A stretch of DNA of 36,498 nt from NCBI RefSeq assembly GCF_001194135.2, contig NC_068988.1, positions 47,837,927-47,874,424 on the forward strand, written 5' to 3'. Origin of the DNA: Octopus bimaculoides (lineage: Eukaryota). The notes below the pieces were generated by a model, which was not told the DNA's origin, did no database searches, and was given only the letters and a program-made list of their open reading frames with translations. The position numbers and the translations under genes are program-made. This document shows positions 1 through 13,078 of this stretch, in pieces (within the stretch, counting starts at the first letter, position 1; the number at the start of each line of letters is the position of its first letter).

Positions 1-51
<51 letters not shown>

Positions 52-479
52 TATATGTATGTATGTATGTTTATATACATATACATACATATACATACAT
101 ATATATATGCCTATGCACACACACATATATATATACATACACACATGCACATACCTAATAAAAAATCAATAAGCTTGGACCTACTGGTTTTCAAACGTTT
201 CTACAATCAATGGATACTGTGTATGCAAATAAATATTGCACACTACAGCGAAAAGTGCTGAATCCTTCTTTGCATAAATGGAAGTCTCTTTAATCCCCTG
301 ATTAAGGTAATCATAACATAAGACATGATTTTATTTACATTATATATGCGTGTATATATAGATATGTATATGTATATGTATACACGCACACACACATATA
401 TACTATTGAGAACAATTTGATTCAGTTCTATGCTACTTCAAGATGTTTAGGTCCCTAACAGGAGTGTGACTCTTTCAGG

Positions 480-543
<64 letters not shown>

Positions 544-713
544 TGTGTGTGTTTGTGTGTGTGTGCGTATATATATATATATATACACANNNNNNNNNNA
601 TATATATATATATATATATAAAATACTTTATTTTATTTATTCTCTCATACATTTCATCCCAAAAGCTGAGACAATGCTGGAGCACTGCCAGTGTAATCAC
701 CTTTTCAATGACC

Positions 714-744
<31 letters not shown>

Positions 745-830
745 CACGAACACACACACACATGCACACACACACATGCACACACAAACACACACACACA
801 TCTACTTATGTACACACAAAGAATCATTGA
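1..830. repeat. Compound (AT)n/(CA)n/(TG)n/(ATAC)n microsatellite tracts, including a 10-N gap at 590-599
   Basis: Dinucleotide and tetranucleotide runs read directly at about 1-150, 480-620 and 715-800; ORF-track peptides here are YI/CV/HT repeats. Confidence 0.95.
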
Positions 831-3800
831 GTCAAGAAAAGCTAGATGGTATATCAACTATGTATATAATACTATATTATAGACCATTTTACCAATCATT
901 TGTATACACAAGAATTACGAGAACCCAATTTTGGAACTCATCAGAAGTGTTGCTAGGAAAGTATGCCATGAGCTCTTTCCCATTATAGGTTAAGAAATTC
1001 CACCTCTAGTTTTCATATGTCATAAAAACACACAAACACATTGAAAATGTTATGAAAGAAACCCATGAAAGAAACTTATGCTTATTAGACTCATGTCTCT
1101 TGATAGGAATTAAAAAATGTCATCATTGTGCATGAGGTATATGTCTATAAACTGAGATTCAGGTTGGGTGTGGGAGGATGGTGGTGTTGATGTGTGTAGT
1201 GGGGAGAGTGGAGATATGATGAGTCAGTCTTACCACTATATGTGGACGTTCAAGTATGTATGTGTTTCTTCATATGTAATATTCTAGGTGTGGAAAGACA
1301 AATCCTAAGCTGGTGGTGATGAAAATATCCATGGTGGAAGCATTAACATTTATATTCATAGTTTGGCTTGCCAGTATCCAAAACCATGTTTATGAATATT
1401 AGAGCAGGATAGGAAAATTGCACTTCTGCTGCTCAGGTAAGTATCATGGGGAACAGAGTTCATCAGTACAATTGTTATCGTGTGCTAGACAGAGACTGCA
1501 CCTTCTAATGCTATTAAAGTATTGTTTACACCTCTCCAGTATTATCCACTTAATGCAATAATCTATGGCACTTACTTTCAACACCTATATATATGTATAT
1601 GCCTTGCTGATGTTAAAGGATGACTTGTGGTTGTTAAATTTAGTCATGAAGGCACCATCTGTATTTTCCTACAACACCCCAAAACTGTATATGATGCTTT
1701 CTTACCCCCGGCATCAGTGACCTTGCACTACACCTTCCAAAGCACCCAGTATGATGAGCACGAAGACTGATATTTTGAAACTCTTGTGTATGAAACTGAC
1801 TGGTAAAATAAGTTTATAATACTATATGCATGTGTGTATGTGGGTATCTGTATGATACACATACATACACACAAAGTATGTTATATCCAAAGATGTACTT
1901 GTGGAGTCAGCTTCCAGAAATTAATGCTGGCCATTTAAGCAGCATTTGCAGCCATCTGCAATGACAACATTACCAAGCTGCTTTGCATTATATAAAGAGC
2001 AAGCTCAAAATTAATGCCTTCACATAACCAAAACAGATCTTTTTATGGACGATCTTTTTAAAGACAATTCTTATTGATTAATTCATTTGAGAGTCTGGGA
2101 CTTCTAGAAGCACAGTTGCTTGAAGTATCAAACTCACAATACTTCTGATCGGTCAATAAGTGACATTACAAAGTGCTTGGAAACTTTCCATTAAAATATG
2201 GTTTGGTCCTGTTAAAATATTCCATGTAAAGGAAAGTCAAATCAGTCACAGGTCCCCAAGTGCTAATTGCAAATGAAAGATAGAATTCACTTAGTTCTCT
2301 ATCCAAATGAGTGAAGTTATTGAAAGAAGAGAGCCTTAAATGTGTTCATGTTTAGATCTATGATTTCTGTAGCCATAGTATTATTTCTATTTCATATAGA
2401 ATGGAAACAAATATATAAGAGAAATAAAAAATATAGAATTGAAATAATACACATATATAAAAATAAGAATGTGTATCTGTGTCTGCTGATATACATTTAG
2501 ACATGTCCAGCCACACATGTATATACACACACATATATTAGCTACAATTTTAAGGAAGTTGAAATGAGGATACAAGATTAAAATTTACAGTAGTTTCAGC
2601 TGCTGAATAAACAAAGTTATAAAAACTACAATAAAGAAAACATGTAAAAGATGTGTTAGTGAATCTTAGAAATGGAGATTAGTGATAGAAAAAATATTTA
2701 AAAAGAGATGAAGGGGAGATGAGAGTGAGGATAAGAGCAGTTTATTATATAACAAAATAAGATAGCACAGAAAGTAAAGTTAAAAGATTAACAAGTAAAT
2801 ATTTAAATACATAAATTATTATAAAACAATAAGCTGAATAAATTATACTGATATACAAAAGTAATTGAAGTGTGTACTGTTAAGCTTTAAAGAGAAATAA
2901 CAGTGATGTGTATTAATTGCTTGAATTATAGAATGCTCAACAGTAAGGCTGTGGTTTACTTGGTATGGAACATCCAGCAGACTTAGTTTGATATTCAATT
3001 TGCCAATCATGTTTGATTCAATTATAAAACAAGTGGGATTAAAACAGACCTCCTGTTTCACTGTGAGTGCTTATGCTTTCTTGACAATGAAATTAAAAAC
3101 CTATGATGTTCAAACTTGCTCATCAAAAGTTTAATATTGACAAATGGTTTCAAAGTTCTACAAAGAGCTCCCACTTCAGAGTGTTTGGTATGGCCCCAGG
3201 CAGAGGTGAACTCTGTTGTTGCACCTCTACATAATGTCAAAGTCAGTATTCCTTCAGGAGACAAGTTGGAAATTTCCTCAGTCATGACTAACTCATCAAA
3301 ATTGGGAACAGATACCATGATGTCATGACTAGCTCTAGGCAATCTTTTTTTAAGAAGAGTCACAGACTCTGATTTCAAGTCTTGGGCAAGTGAGGACCAC
3401 AGTGCAATCTTTAAGACATTGGGCTAATCATATGATAAGAAAAATTCTGATTACAGATACTTCAAATACTCAAAAGAATCTTCAATTCATTGGAGAGGCA
3501 ATGGATCCTGACCTGAAAAAAAAAAAAAAGAACCAATTGTGAAGCACAGGAATTAACAGGGAAAGCCCTATGTGCCACCTGGCATGAAGAAGCAAGAAGA
3601 AGAATATTTTCAAATCCAAACTTGTTGTTTTCGTCAAATGAAATACTCTACAATGTATATAATTTCAAAATGGCATATATAATAAAATAAAACTGAATGT
3701 TGGATGTCTGAAATAAGTTACAGTCGTAAAGTTGAAATTATTACTAAGAATATAATTAATATAACTAATATAATTAATATGATATAATTACTTTAAGAAT

Positions 3801-4684
3801 TTTGCTATGATGAATGTTTTGTCTTCCTCAGTGAAATTTTAAATTATATTATTTGAGAAATGTTCCCTTCAGTATTGCCTTTGATTTGCTAAATCCATTT
3901 GTAAAGCATGTCACTTGGAAACCATCGCCCAGAATTAGTATAAACGAGTTTGATAATATTATAATGCACTCCATTTTTATTTGAGACCTATAGGTTTTTA
4001 AGAAAATATTCCACGAGTTAAAATTAAAGGTGTCAGGACCTAATTTTATAGTAGAGGTTTCAAAGATCAGCTTAGAAGTGTAATGTTTTTAAATAGATAC
4101 ATGTATATGTACAATAATAAAACTATATATTGCATTATATAGTTTTATTATAAAAGAGTAAAAGAGTAAAATTATATATTAGTAAAATGGAATAAACTGA
4201 AATAAAATAATGTTAAGAATAAGATAAGAATTAGGAATTAAAAAGATCATATGTATGCATATAATATTGTATGTGATATTATATTTACAGTGAAGTGTTT
4301 AACTACTCATGCATGTATGGATGGAAGTTTTCTATAGTTCCATTTGTATGCATAAAACAAATTATACATCGTAAATCTTCCATGGAGCGATAACAGTTGT
4401 GTACTGAATATTCGAATAAATTGATATATGGGATTATTTTCAGTAGGGTGGAAGAACTGTTGGGCACTTAATTACTTTTTATATCTTTCAAATGGTTTAA
4501 AATATTTCAGCATGCATACTTGTTTATTTATACAGTCAGAGATTAATTCAGAATTACATCTCCTTTATTGCAGGTCATTTTTCTCTTTCCCTTTACTTCC
4601 TCTCAAGTACTCACCTTGTACATTTCCCCCTCTCTCTCAATGCATATACATATAATAAATAATAAATTATATATATATATATAT

Positions 4685-4793
4685 NNNNNNNNNNNNNNNN
4701 NNNNNNNNNNNNNNNNNNNNNNNNNNNNNNNNNNNNNNNNNNNNNNNNNNNNNNNNNNNNNNNNNNNNNNNNNNNNNNNNNNNNNNNNNNNNN

Positions 4794-4834
<41 letters not shown>

Positions 4835-4857
4835 TAGATAGATAGATAGATAGATAG

Positions 4858-4893
<36 letters not shown>
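4685..4893. repeat. Assembly gap (4685-4793) followed by (AT)n and (ATAG)n microsatellite
   Basis: N-run, then TATA and GATA repeats read directly. Confidence 0.95.
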
Positions 4894-4895
<2 letters not shown>

Positions 4896-6079
4896 TATGT
4901 ACATATCTTATGAACACATATTTTTTTCAACTAAACATCTCTCTCCTGCAGACATTACTCACACCCAGTTCTTTATCCACTTCTAACTTTTCTTTGCTTA
5001 ACGGTGGAACAAACTATTATACATAAGGCAAAATGCAGTGAATGTTATATGAGATGGGATGTTTGGTACAATGAAGTGGCAAACAGTTTGGCTACTTACA
5101 GATCTGTGGATACCAAAGTTTTATATCAGAATCTTATCCCTTTTTCACTCTACTAAGTAGTTTTTCGATTTTCGCATGGCATTATGTCTGACTTGTATTA
5201 TGTGACTCTATTTAGATCTTGTGGCATTGTGTTTGTTCTGTGCTGCCTGAAGCTGTAATTGGGCTGTATGATGTCTTTGTACTTTGCAGTGCCATGCTTG
5301 TGTTGCTGAAAAATATCAATGATAAACTGCCATACAGTGTATAATCCAGTGTTCTGAAGAACTGAAACGAAATATGCTATTTTGGTATAACACCAATGAC
5401 ATGGTTATACACTCTGAAACATACCTGTCCAAGTTGTCAATGAGATTGATGAAAAATAATAAATATCATAACCAGAGATCTAAAAGAAATCCAAAACACT
5501 CAGAAAGACATCTCAATCTGGGCCAAACAAAATAACTTCTGGAATGATATTGAAAACATCTCAAAGTACAAGAGGTCTAAATAACAATAGTATACATCTC
5601 AAAAGAATTTGGAAGATGTCATAGTACTTGTTTCAGTCTGAAACCTATTTTATCAGTGTCTATTAAAATATAAAGTTATGATTCGTAATGCAAAAATGTG
5701 CAACTCAACATGTTGCTTTATACATCAACAATCAAAACCACTGATTATTGCATACATAATCATGGATAAAGGGACGTTTCAACCACTAGAAGACAAAGTA
5801 GTCCACTAGTGCCACCAAATTTACAAAGCAGCCTATTTAGAGAAGATATTTCATGAAAGAAAGGTTACATGGCTAACAGAGATCTTTGAATGACACATGT
5901 AAGCTCAAAAGAAACTATGAAGTCATTTTGCCAAAACAAACTTTATAAATTATTTCTTCAGCTGGAATAAGAAAATCAATTGTTTATTCCAAATTTGTAC
6001 TACTTGGCATTCTTCATTCTTTATATAAATAATAGATATACTGCATATCAATGCTGTTCTCCAACTATTTCATCTCTCT

Positions 6080-6080
<1 letters not shown>

Positions 6081-6131
<51 letters not shown>

Positions 6132-6142
6132 ACACACACACA
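6081..6142. repeat. (CA)n microsatellite
   Basis: Direct reading. Confidence 0.97.
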
Positions 6143-7244
6143 ACAGTCTTTTACAGTTTTGTTCAAATTTCCTTCATGAAGCATTGGTTAAAGTGATAGT
6201 ACCAATAGTAGATGCTTTCTAAAGGAAATGGATATTCAGATCAAACCCAGAAAATTTGTGGCTACCTAATGGAACTGGGAAAAGTTCTATACATACAGGT
6301 GAGTGAAAGGTTTCTCATTTCTAAATAAAGTTTTCCAAGAGACGTTGACCTAAATAGCAGTGACAAAAAAAAAAAAACCTATCATCATCTATTCTTAATA
6401 GTTTCATACAGAGCTTTGTCTGAAAACTTGAGGTAACTTATTGCCACTTTCTGCAGTCAGGTCTAAGAATCCCACCAAATAAATACCATACCTGAGAAGA
6501 AACTCAAGAAAGTACCTGTTCAATGATTTGTTGCTCAATGACAGTAGAGTTTATTAAGATATCCTAATGATAAAAGCATACATTCTATTTTAGTGATAAG
6601 TTTGCGGTTTGTGAAAGAGTTGTTCCTATATTTAACATTTTATTCTCAAACAGTCTCATTTATTTCCTATTGTTATTCCTGAAATCAACCTTTTGCATAC
6701 ATTTTGGCAACACAACCTTATATTACATTCGTTTGTTACATACAATGTAGTTACAAGTTTTAAAGAAAATTATCCAGGGTGTCAACTGGTGTGTAATGAA
6801 CTGATGTCTAAAACAACTTCATCTATGGTTTCATGTAGTTATACTTTAAACAATTAATTAGATCCTCACATTTGTCAGAATCACTAATAAATTTGAATAC
6901 TTCATTAAATAGATAATTTTCGAAGGCATTTAAGCTATCAATTTAAGGAATATAGGCCATATATTTTTTTTAGTTCCAAAGAGGCTGACACCAATTGAAA
7001 AGGTATTGTGTTAAATTTCCCTGGATGCAAAATTTTCTCCGTGTTGAAGCTGTCTAAGGAATTTTCATTAGACATAACAATAAGAGTTTTTTATATGCTA
7101 AAAACTGTATTCAAAAACTAATGATAAATACCATCTCCCATATTAAGTAAAGGAATGACCTCACAAACACTGAAATATATCAATTATGAAAGAAGGTAAT
7201 ATCATTGTAATAGTAAACACAGAACTCAGATAAATTTTTCAGGC

Positions 7245-7530
7245 AAGGAAGTAAACGCCTTTGGGGTTTGGATAATTCACCTCTGGAAACATGGTGGTTA
7301 TGTTCATCATCCTTAAAACAAACGTTATTCAGGGACCTTTTGAGCATGATAGGCTATTCCACCTGAAGAAAATCCTTACTGGGCCCTACCTGCAAGATCA
7401 TGCACTGTATATCTTGATATAAGATCACTATCTCACACACATATAGTTGTGATGCATGTGCCTGGTAGACCCTGATCAGGTGGGTAGTCATGATGGGTAT
7501 ACTGAGCTTCATATATTTTACTTCAGCAAA
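7245..7530 (-). mobile_element. Fragment of an unclassified interspersed repeat (family X), inverted relative to the copy at 13079-13660
   Basis: Its reverse complement (…ccaggcacatgcatcacaactata…caggtagggcccagtaagg…ttttcttcaggt…gctcaaaagg…gtgaattat…) aligns by eye with about 13130-13385. Confidence 0.85.
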
Positions 7531-7913
7531 AGGTTGGAAATTTGGGGGATTTGCACAATGATGATGGTGGTGGTGGTGGTGATGGTGGTGGCGAGGAGGA
7601 AGAGGAGGAAGGGGCAGAGGAAGATGTGGAAGATGCAGAAGATATAGGGGATGATGAGGAGGAGGAGGAGGAGGAGGAGGAGGGTGGATGGGTGGGTTGG
7701 AATGGGGATGNNNNNNNNNNCTGCAAGATCATGCACTGTATATCTTGATATAAGATCACTATCTCACACACATATAGTTGTGATGCATGTGCCTGGTAGA
7801 CCCTGATCAGGTGGGTAGTCATGATGGGTATACTGAGCTTCATATATTTTACTTCAGCAAAAGGTTGGAAATTTGGGGGATTTGCACAATGATGATGGTG
7901 GTGGTGGTGGTGA
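7390..7913 (+). other. About 193-bp apparently identical direct duplication (7390-7582 = 7721-7913) across a 10-N gap (7711-7720); probable assembly artefact
   Basis: Both copies start ctgcaagatcatgcactg and read identically to the (GGT)n tract, then diverge into different purine microsatellites; the second copy starts exactly at the gap edge. Confidence 0.85.
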
Positions 7914-7994
7914 AGAAGAAGAAGAAAAAGAAGAAAAAGAAGGAGAATTTTATCTTAATTTCTTCACAATGTCAGAAATTTTGATGGGATGGGA

Positions 7995-8150
7995 GCTGGT
8001 CAGTTACATCAATCCCAGTATTTGACTGATGCTTTAATTTCATTCACCTGAAAGGTGGATGGGGAAAACTGACCTCAGCAGGATTTGAGCTCAGAATGTA
8101 AAGCAAACAAACCAAATACTGGACATCATTTTCAATGCTCTAACAATATG
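7995..8150 (-). mobile_element. Degenerate tRNA-derived SINE fragment (family B)
   Basis: Reverse complement contains tttacattctgagctcaaatcc…gaggtc, matching the 16957-17173 copy (tttacattctgagttcaaattcc…gaggtc). Confidence 0.65.
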
Positions 8151-8189
8151 TCCAGTTTAATAACGATGAGGATAATAAAAAAAATAACC

Positions 8190-8190
8190 A

Positions 8191-8237
<47 letters not shown>

Positions 8238-8316
8238 AGGAGAAGAAGAAGAAGAAGAAGAAGAAGAAGAAGAAGAAGAAGAAGGAAGACAAGGTGGAGG
8301 AGGAGAAGGAGGAGAA
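8190..8316. repeat. (GAA)n/(GGA)n polypurine microsatellite
   Basis: Direct reading. Confidence 0.95.
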
Positions 8317-8949
8317 AAATATACTTGGAGAGAAAGAATATATTCATTTCCTTGTTCCATGGCAATCGTTCAATATAATGTATTGGTTACAATAGGGCAG
8401 ACACAACAGTTTGAAAATAATGGTAAAGATGAGAAAAATATACAAAATGGGTACAGAACCCATCTTCCTGCACTGACTGATAGAAAAGTAAGACATTTAT
8501 ATTCAAAAAGGCCAGCAGAAGATAGCAACATACACACACACAAACAACACCTACATACATATACACACATACATATATACGCATACACACATACACATTC
8601 AGCTCTCTATATATATATATGATATATGTGTATGTAAATTTGTATACAGAGCTATATACACACATAGATACATGAATATTTATACATTCTAGCAAAAATA
8701 CACACACACACACACACACACATACACACATAAACATTCACTTACTTATATGCATATATGTATGAAAATTATATAGATACGTAGATATAATGTATTTCTT
8801 CATTGCCAACAAAGGCCCAACTATTAAATATACAAGCTGACTCGCTAAACATTATAATACGAACTGAGAAAATATTCAAATTTTTATGTGTCTGGCAAAG
8901 ATGTATTTAATTGAAAAAAATGTATATCATTGTATTGTAGACTGCTTTA

Positions 8950-9175
8950 CAATGATGATGATGATGGTGGTGATGGTGTTGCTGCTGCTGATGGAAATAT
9001 AAGCATTGATAATGATTATGATGATATTTCTGTTGAAGGCAATGATGATAATGCTTTCAAGTTTTGACCAATGATGATAAATATTGGTGATGATAATGAT
9101 GATGAATGGTGCTGATGATATGAATGATGCTGGTGAAGCAGATGATATTGGGAACATAAAATGATGATTTCTATA
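8950..9175. repeat. Degenerate (GAT/GGT/AAT)n trinucleotide low-complexity tract
   Basis: Direct reading. Confidence 0.85.
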
Positions 9176-9674
9176 TCATTGTTAGTAATAATAGTAGTAA
9201 GAATAGTAACGGTGTAACCTCATCTATCTTAGTGTTGTTTACCTATCTGTATCAGGAAATTGTTTCTTTTGTTAACTAACATATATTTTTTTATTCATTT
9301 ATGTTTTCATTGATGCTTGAATTCCTACCAACAGGGCTGTGAGCTTCATACTACCCCAATTAGCATCTTATAATGAGCTCATCATTATCATCATTTTTGT
9401 AATCATCATTGTTATTGTCTTCATTATTTTTAGCTTTACATCTACTTTCCTGTGCTGGCATTGACTGGATAGATTTTTCAGAAGCAGTGTTTTATAGCCT
9501 GACACTCTTCTTGACATCGACCTTTATAGTTTCTTAAAACAACATGCAGGAACCAGTGCACTCATTCTAAAACCAATATACACACTGTACACTGTTTGAG
9601 CTTCTGTTATGAAGATACCTCATAAACCGTTGGCTTCAATCTATCTATCATGAATATGAGTTAATTGTTTTATT

Positions 9675-10015
9675 TTGTGGTTAGAAAGCTTGCTTCCCAA
9701 CCACATGCTTTTGGGTTCAGTTCCACTGCTTGACAGCTTGTGCAAGTCTCTTCTCTTCTGCTATGGCCTTGGTCCAACTGAAACCTTGTCATTGAATTTG
9801 GTAGGTGGAAGTTCATGTCATATGTGTACATGTGTGGGAAAGTGCTTATCCTTCCTAACAGATAGGAAGGAAAACATTACCTCACTTAGAAACCAGTGGA
9901 GATTGGCAACAGGAAGAGCACCCAGCTGTAGAAAACCTGCTGCTACACAATTATTGCTGTACATATGTATGTATATTTTGTCCAATCTGTGCCAGCATCT
10001 AAATAGATGTTAAAT
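9675..10015 (+). mobile_element. Degenerate SINE with family-A-like head and a different (GAT-tail-family) 3' end
   Basis: Head gcttgcttcccaaccacatg…gggttcagttccactg…gcaagt matches 32557-32625; 3' part ttggcaacaggaagagcacccagctgtagaaaa matches ttggtgttaggaagggtatccagctgtaaaa at about 11805-11835. Confidence 0.7.
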
Positions 10016-10697
10016 GTTGATGTATTTTTTCTACAAAATATTTCTATGAATTTAATGACTTACCCAAATTTAGTGCTTAGTTATGCATTTTTTAGAGATG
10101 GCAAACATAAAATTATGTGATTGCTCAGTGAATGTCTTAATTAAAAAGCTGCAACTGATGAACAATGCTCTGTTCAGAGATACAGCTAGAGAAACCAGCC
10201 CATCTTCATAATCACTCGTTTTCATTGAGGAGCTAACATAGCTGATAGACCCCTCTCTCATGATGCTTTCTTTTCTTTTTTCTGGCTAATATGGTTTTTT
10301 CACATGCAAGAAAAATGTGAACCTTTTGTGAAGTAGAGCACTGGAAAAAACCGTCATAGAAAACAAGAATTTTATCATAGGTAAGATGTGATTCTTTCCA
10401 GAAGCCAAAATGAAAGCATCAGTTTTCAGGAGAACAAGTCTACTTTGATAATTATACATGATGGAGAATGGCCTTATTTCTCTACACGGCCAAATATAAG
10501 ATAGATACACTATATTTACTCCTTTTGTGAATATCCTGCAAGAAGTTGGATTTCAAATCCTAATGTTCTTGCCAATTAATTCAATCACATGATGGCATAT
10601 TTGCAAGTACAGTGTTTTTGCTGATGGTGTGGGTCTAGTTATATACAGCTAAATTTGCATCAACGACACAGATTCTATGAGGGTGCATTCAATATAA

Positions 10698-11016
10698 NNN
10701 NNNNNNNNNNNNNNNNNNNNNNNNNNNNNNNNNNNNNNNNNNNNNNNNNNNNNNNNNNNNNNNNNNNNNNNNNNNNNNNNNNNNNNNNNNNNNNNNNNNN
10801 NNNNNNNNNNNNNNNNNNNNNNNNNNNNNNNNNNNNNNNNNNNNNNNNNNNNNNNNNNNNNNNNNNNNNNNNNNNNNNNNNNNNNNNNNNNNNNNNNNNN
10901 NNNNNNNNNNNNNNNNNNNNNNNNNNNNNNNNNNNNNNNNNNNNNNNNNNNNNNNNNNNNNNNNNNNNNNNNNNNNNNNNNNNNNNNNNNNNNNNNNNNN
11001 NNNNNNNNNNNNNNNN
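10698..11016. other. Assembly gap (N-run)
   Basis: N characters. Confidence 1.
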
Positions 11017-11519
11017 TATATCCCTTCATCGGAGTCGGTGTGAGAAAATGGTTAAGCAATAGTTATTCTAGATAGGATATGAAATAGAGAGTGAAGTGGA
11101 GGAATGAAAATAGATGTGAGATATGCAGGGATATTGTATCTGTAGTTACATTATTTACGCAGAATGGTATACATATAAGATTCCTATACCTTGTGAATAA
11201 GTTCCAATAGTATTTAAAATTGGTCATTCCAAGCATAGAGTTTCTAAATGGTGTTATTGAATTGAGGGATACATAAAATATCCTGGAAAGAGCTGTAAGA
11301 CCTTCTATTTATAAATGTTCTGAAATCTTTCACAGCCTTGGATTTTTATCTCATTCTGTTAATTTTTTTTTTATATACACATGCTGATATATGGCCTACA
11401 TTGGACTCCTCATTCGCATAATCATCGAACCTGGAGCTTAACTATAGCCTGCCCAAAGCACTTACTCAGCATTACATGACACCTTTGGGTCTTATTGACA
11501 CTATTACTTCTCATAACCT

Positions 11520-11520
11520 C

Positions 11521-11607
<87 letters not shown>

Positions 11608-11728
11608 NNNNNNNNNNNNNNNNNNNNNNNNNNNNNNNNNNNNNNNNNNNNNNNNNNNNNNNNNNNNNNNNNNNNNNNNNNNNNNNNNNNNNNNNNNNNN
11701 NNNNNNNNNNNNNNNNNNNNNNNNNNNN
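11520..11728. repeat. (AT)n(GT)n microsatellite running into an assembly gap (11608-11728)
   Basis: Direct reading. Confidence 0.97.
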
Positions 11729-11769
11729 AATCACCTCACCTATGCTAATCATCTCGCCTGTGCTTGTGC

Positions 11770-11957
11770 CACAAAAAAAGCACTAAGTCCAATCTGCTGA
11801 GTGGTTGGTGTTAGGAAGGGTATCCAGCTGTAAAAATTATGCCAAAAACAGTCACAGAAGTCTGGTGCAGGACTTGGCCTAGCTAGCTCTTGTGAAATTG
11901 TCCCACCCATGCTAGCATAGAAGGCAGACATTAAACAATGACGAAGACGACAACGAC

Positions 11958-11991
<34 letters not shown>

Positions 11992-12063
11992 TTGGTGATG
12001 ATAATGACAGTGGTGGTGGTGGTGATGGTGATGATGGTGATGATGGTGATGATGATGATGATG
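11770..12063 (+). mobile_element. Retroposon 3'-end fragment with (GAT)n tail (LINE/SINE tail family)
   Basis: taggaagggtatccagctgta…cccacccatgctagcatagaa…cattaaacaatgacga followed by (GAT)n; homologous ends at 14590-14760 (+) and 23727-23985 (-). The partner LINE class (possibly RTE) is inference. Confidence 0.75.
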
Positions 12064-13078
12064 GTGAAAAAAATCATATGATGTTTTTAAATGAAAGGAA
12101 AAAACACCTGGGAGATAACTGCTTATTTTTTTTTAATTTTGCACTTTATATTAAAATAATGTCTGTAAAATATGTTTTAGATACCAGTGAACTATTTAGT
12201 TTACATTCAAACTTGAATAATATGAGTGATATGTCTATTTTATATCCAGCATCAAAGGATATCAGTGGAATATATATTTCACATCCAGCAGCCAGATATC
12301 AGTCAAATACTCATTCTCACACACAATATTAAAATATATCAGTGAAATATCCATTTTTATATTTGATATCAAAAGGATAGCAGAGAAATTTACCTTTACC
12401 CGATACGAATAGGATATCCATAAAATATTCATTTCATACCAAATGCCAATATATTGTTTAGAATGTTCTTAACTTTGATGTGAATGGTTGTCAGTTAATT
12501 AGTAGGTTAACAAATCATATCAAAACCAGAGGCTGGCTACTAATGATTTCTCTAAGTGAGTGCAAATTAGAAACTGTAAGAAGCATATATTAAGAGTGTT
12601 ACTGTTGTGTTTCAGTCACAGGTCAACCATGCTGAGAAAACCTATGATTTAAGGTATTCAATCCATGATCCTACCATCTAGAACTATACTATCTAATATG
12701 TCCTTCCTTTTTTTAAGATAATGAAGTGTGATTTGCTACTGTTTCTAGCAGGCTTAGAAGCTGTATAGTGGTTGTCTTGTGTAACAAATGTGGTATCTTG
12801 TGATACAGAGATAAGTGCTGAATGTGAAAAAGTTGCTGCTGAAACTGAAGAGAAATAAAGAATTATCATATGCTGAATGTGCAATATTCATTTGTAAGAG
12901 AAAGTATTGTGTAGACATGTGAGGGAGAGAGAGAGAAAGAGAGAAAAGTGAGTGAGAGAAAATATGAGTAAGAGAGAGACATGATGTAAAATGATCAAGT
13001 CATATTTCAACCTGTTAAGACTCATCGACTGTGTGAGAGTGGAGATGAACTGTATAGTAGATGCTTTTATTATAATTA

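Noticed and set aside
3150-3200. HSEVGAL resembling a deaminase HxE motif
   Set aside because: No downstream PCxxC and no other support.
4150-4170. (AAAAGAGT)n resembling the SINE A tail
   Set aside because: Only about 2.5 units with no SINE body upstream.
5340-5375. ctgaaga…gaaac resembling a hammerhead ribozyme core
   Set aside because: I could not find the required stems around the motifs.
6225-6298. NGTGKSSI resembling the SMC5-type Walker A motif
   Set aside because: The invariant first Gly of GxxxxGK[ST] is Leu here and the flanks lack the expected beta-strand and helix context; probably coincidence.
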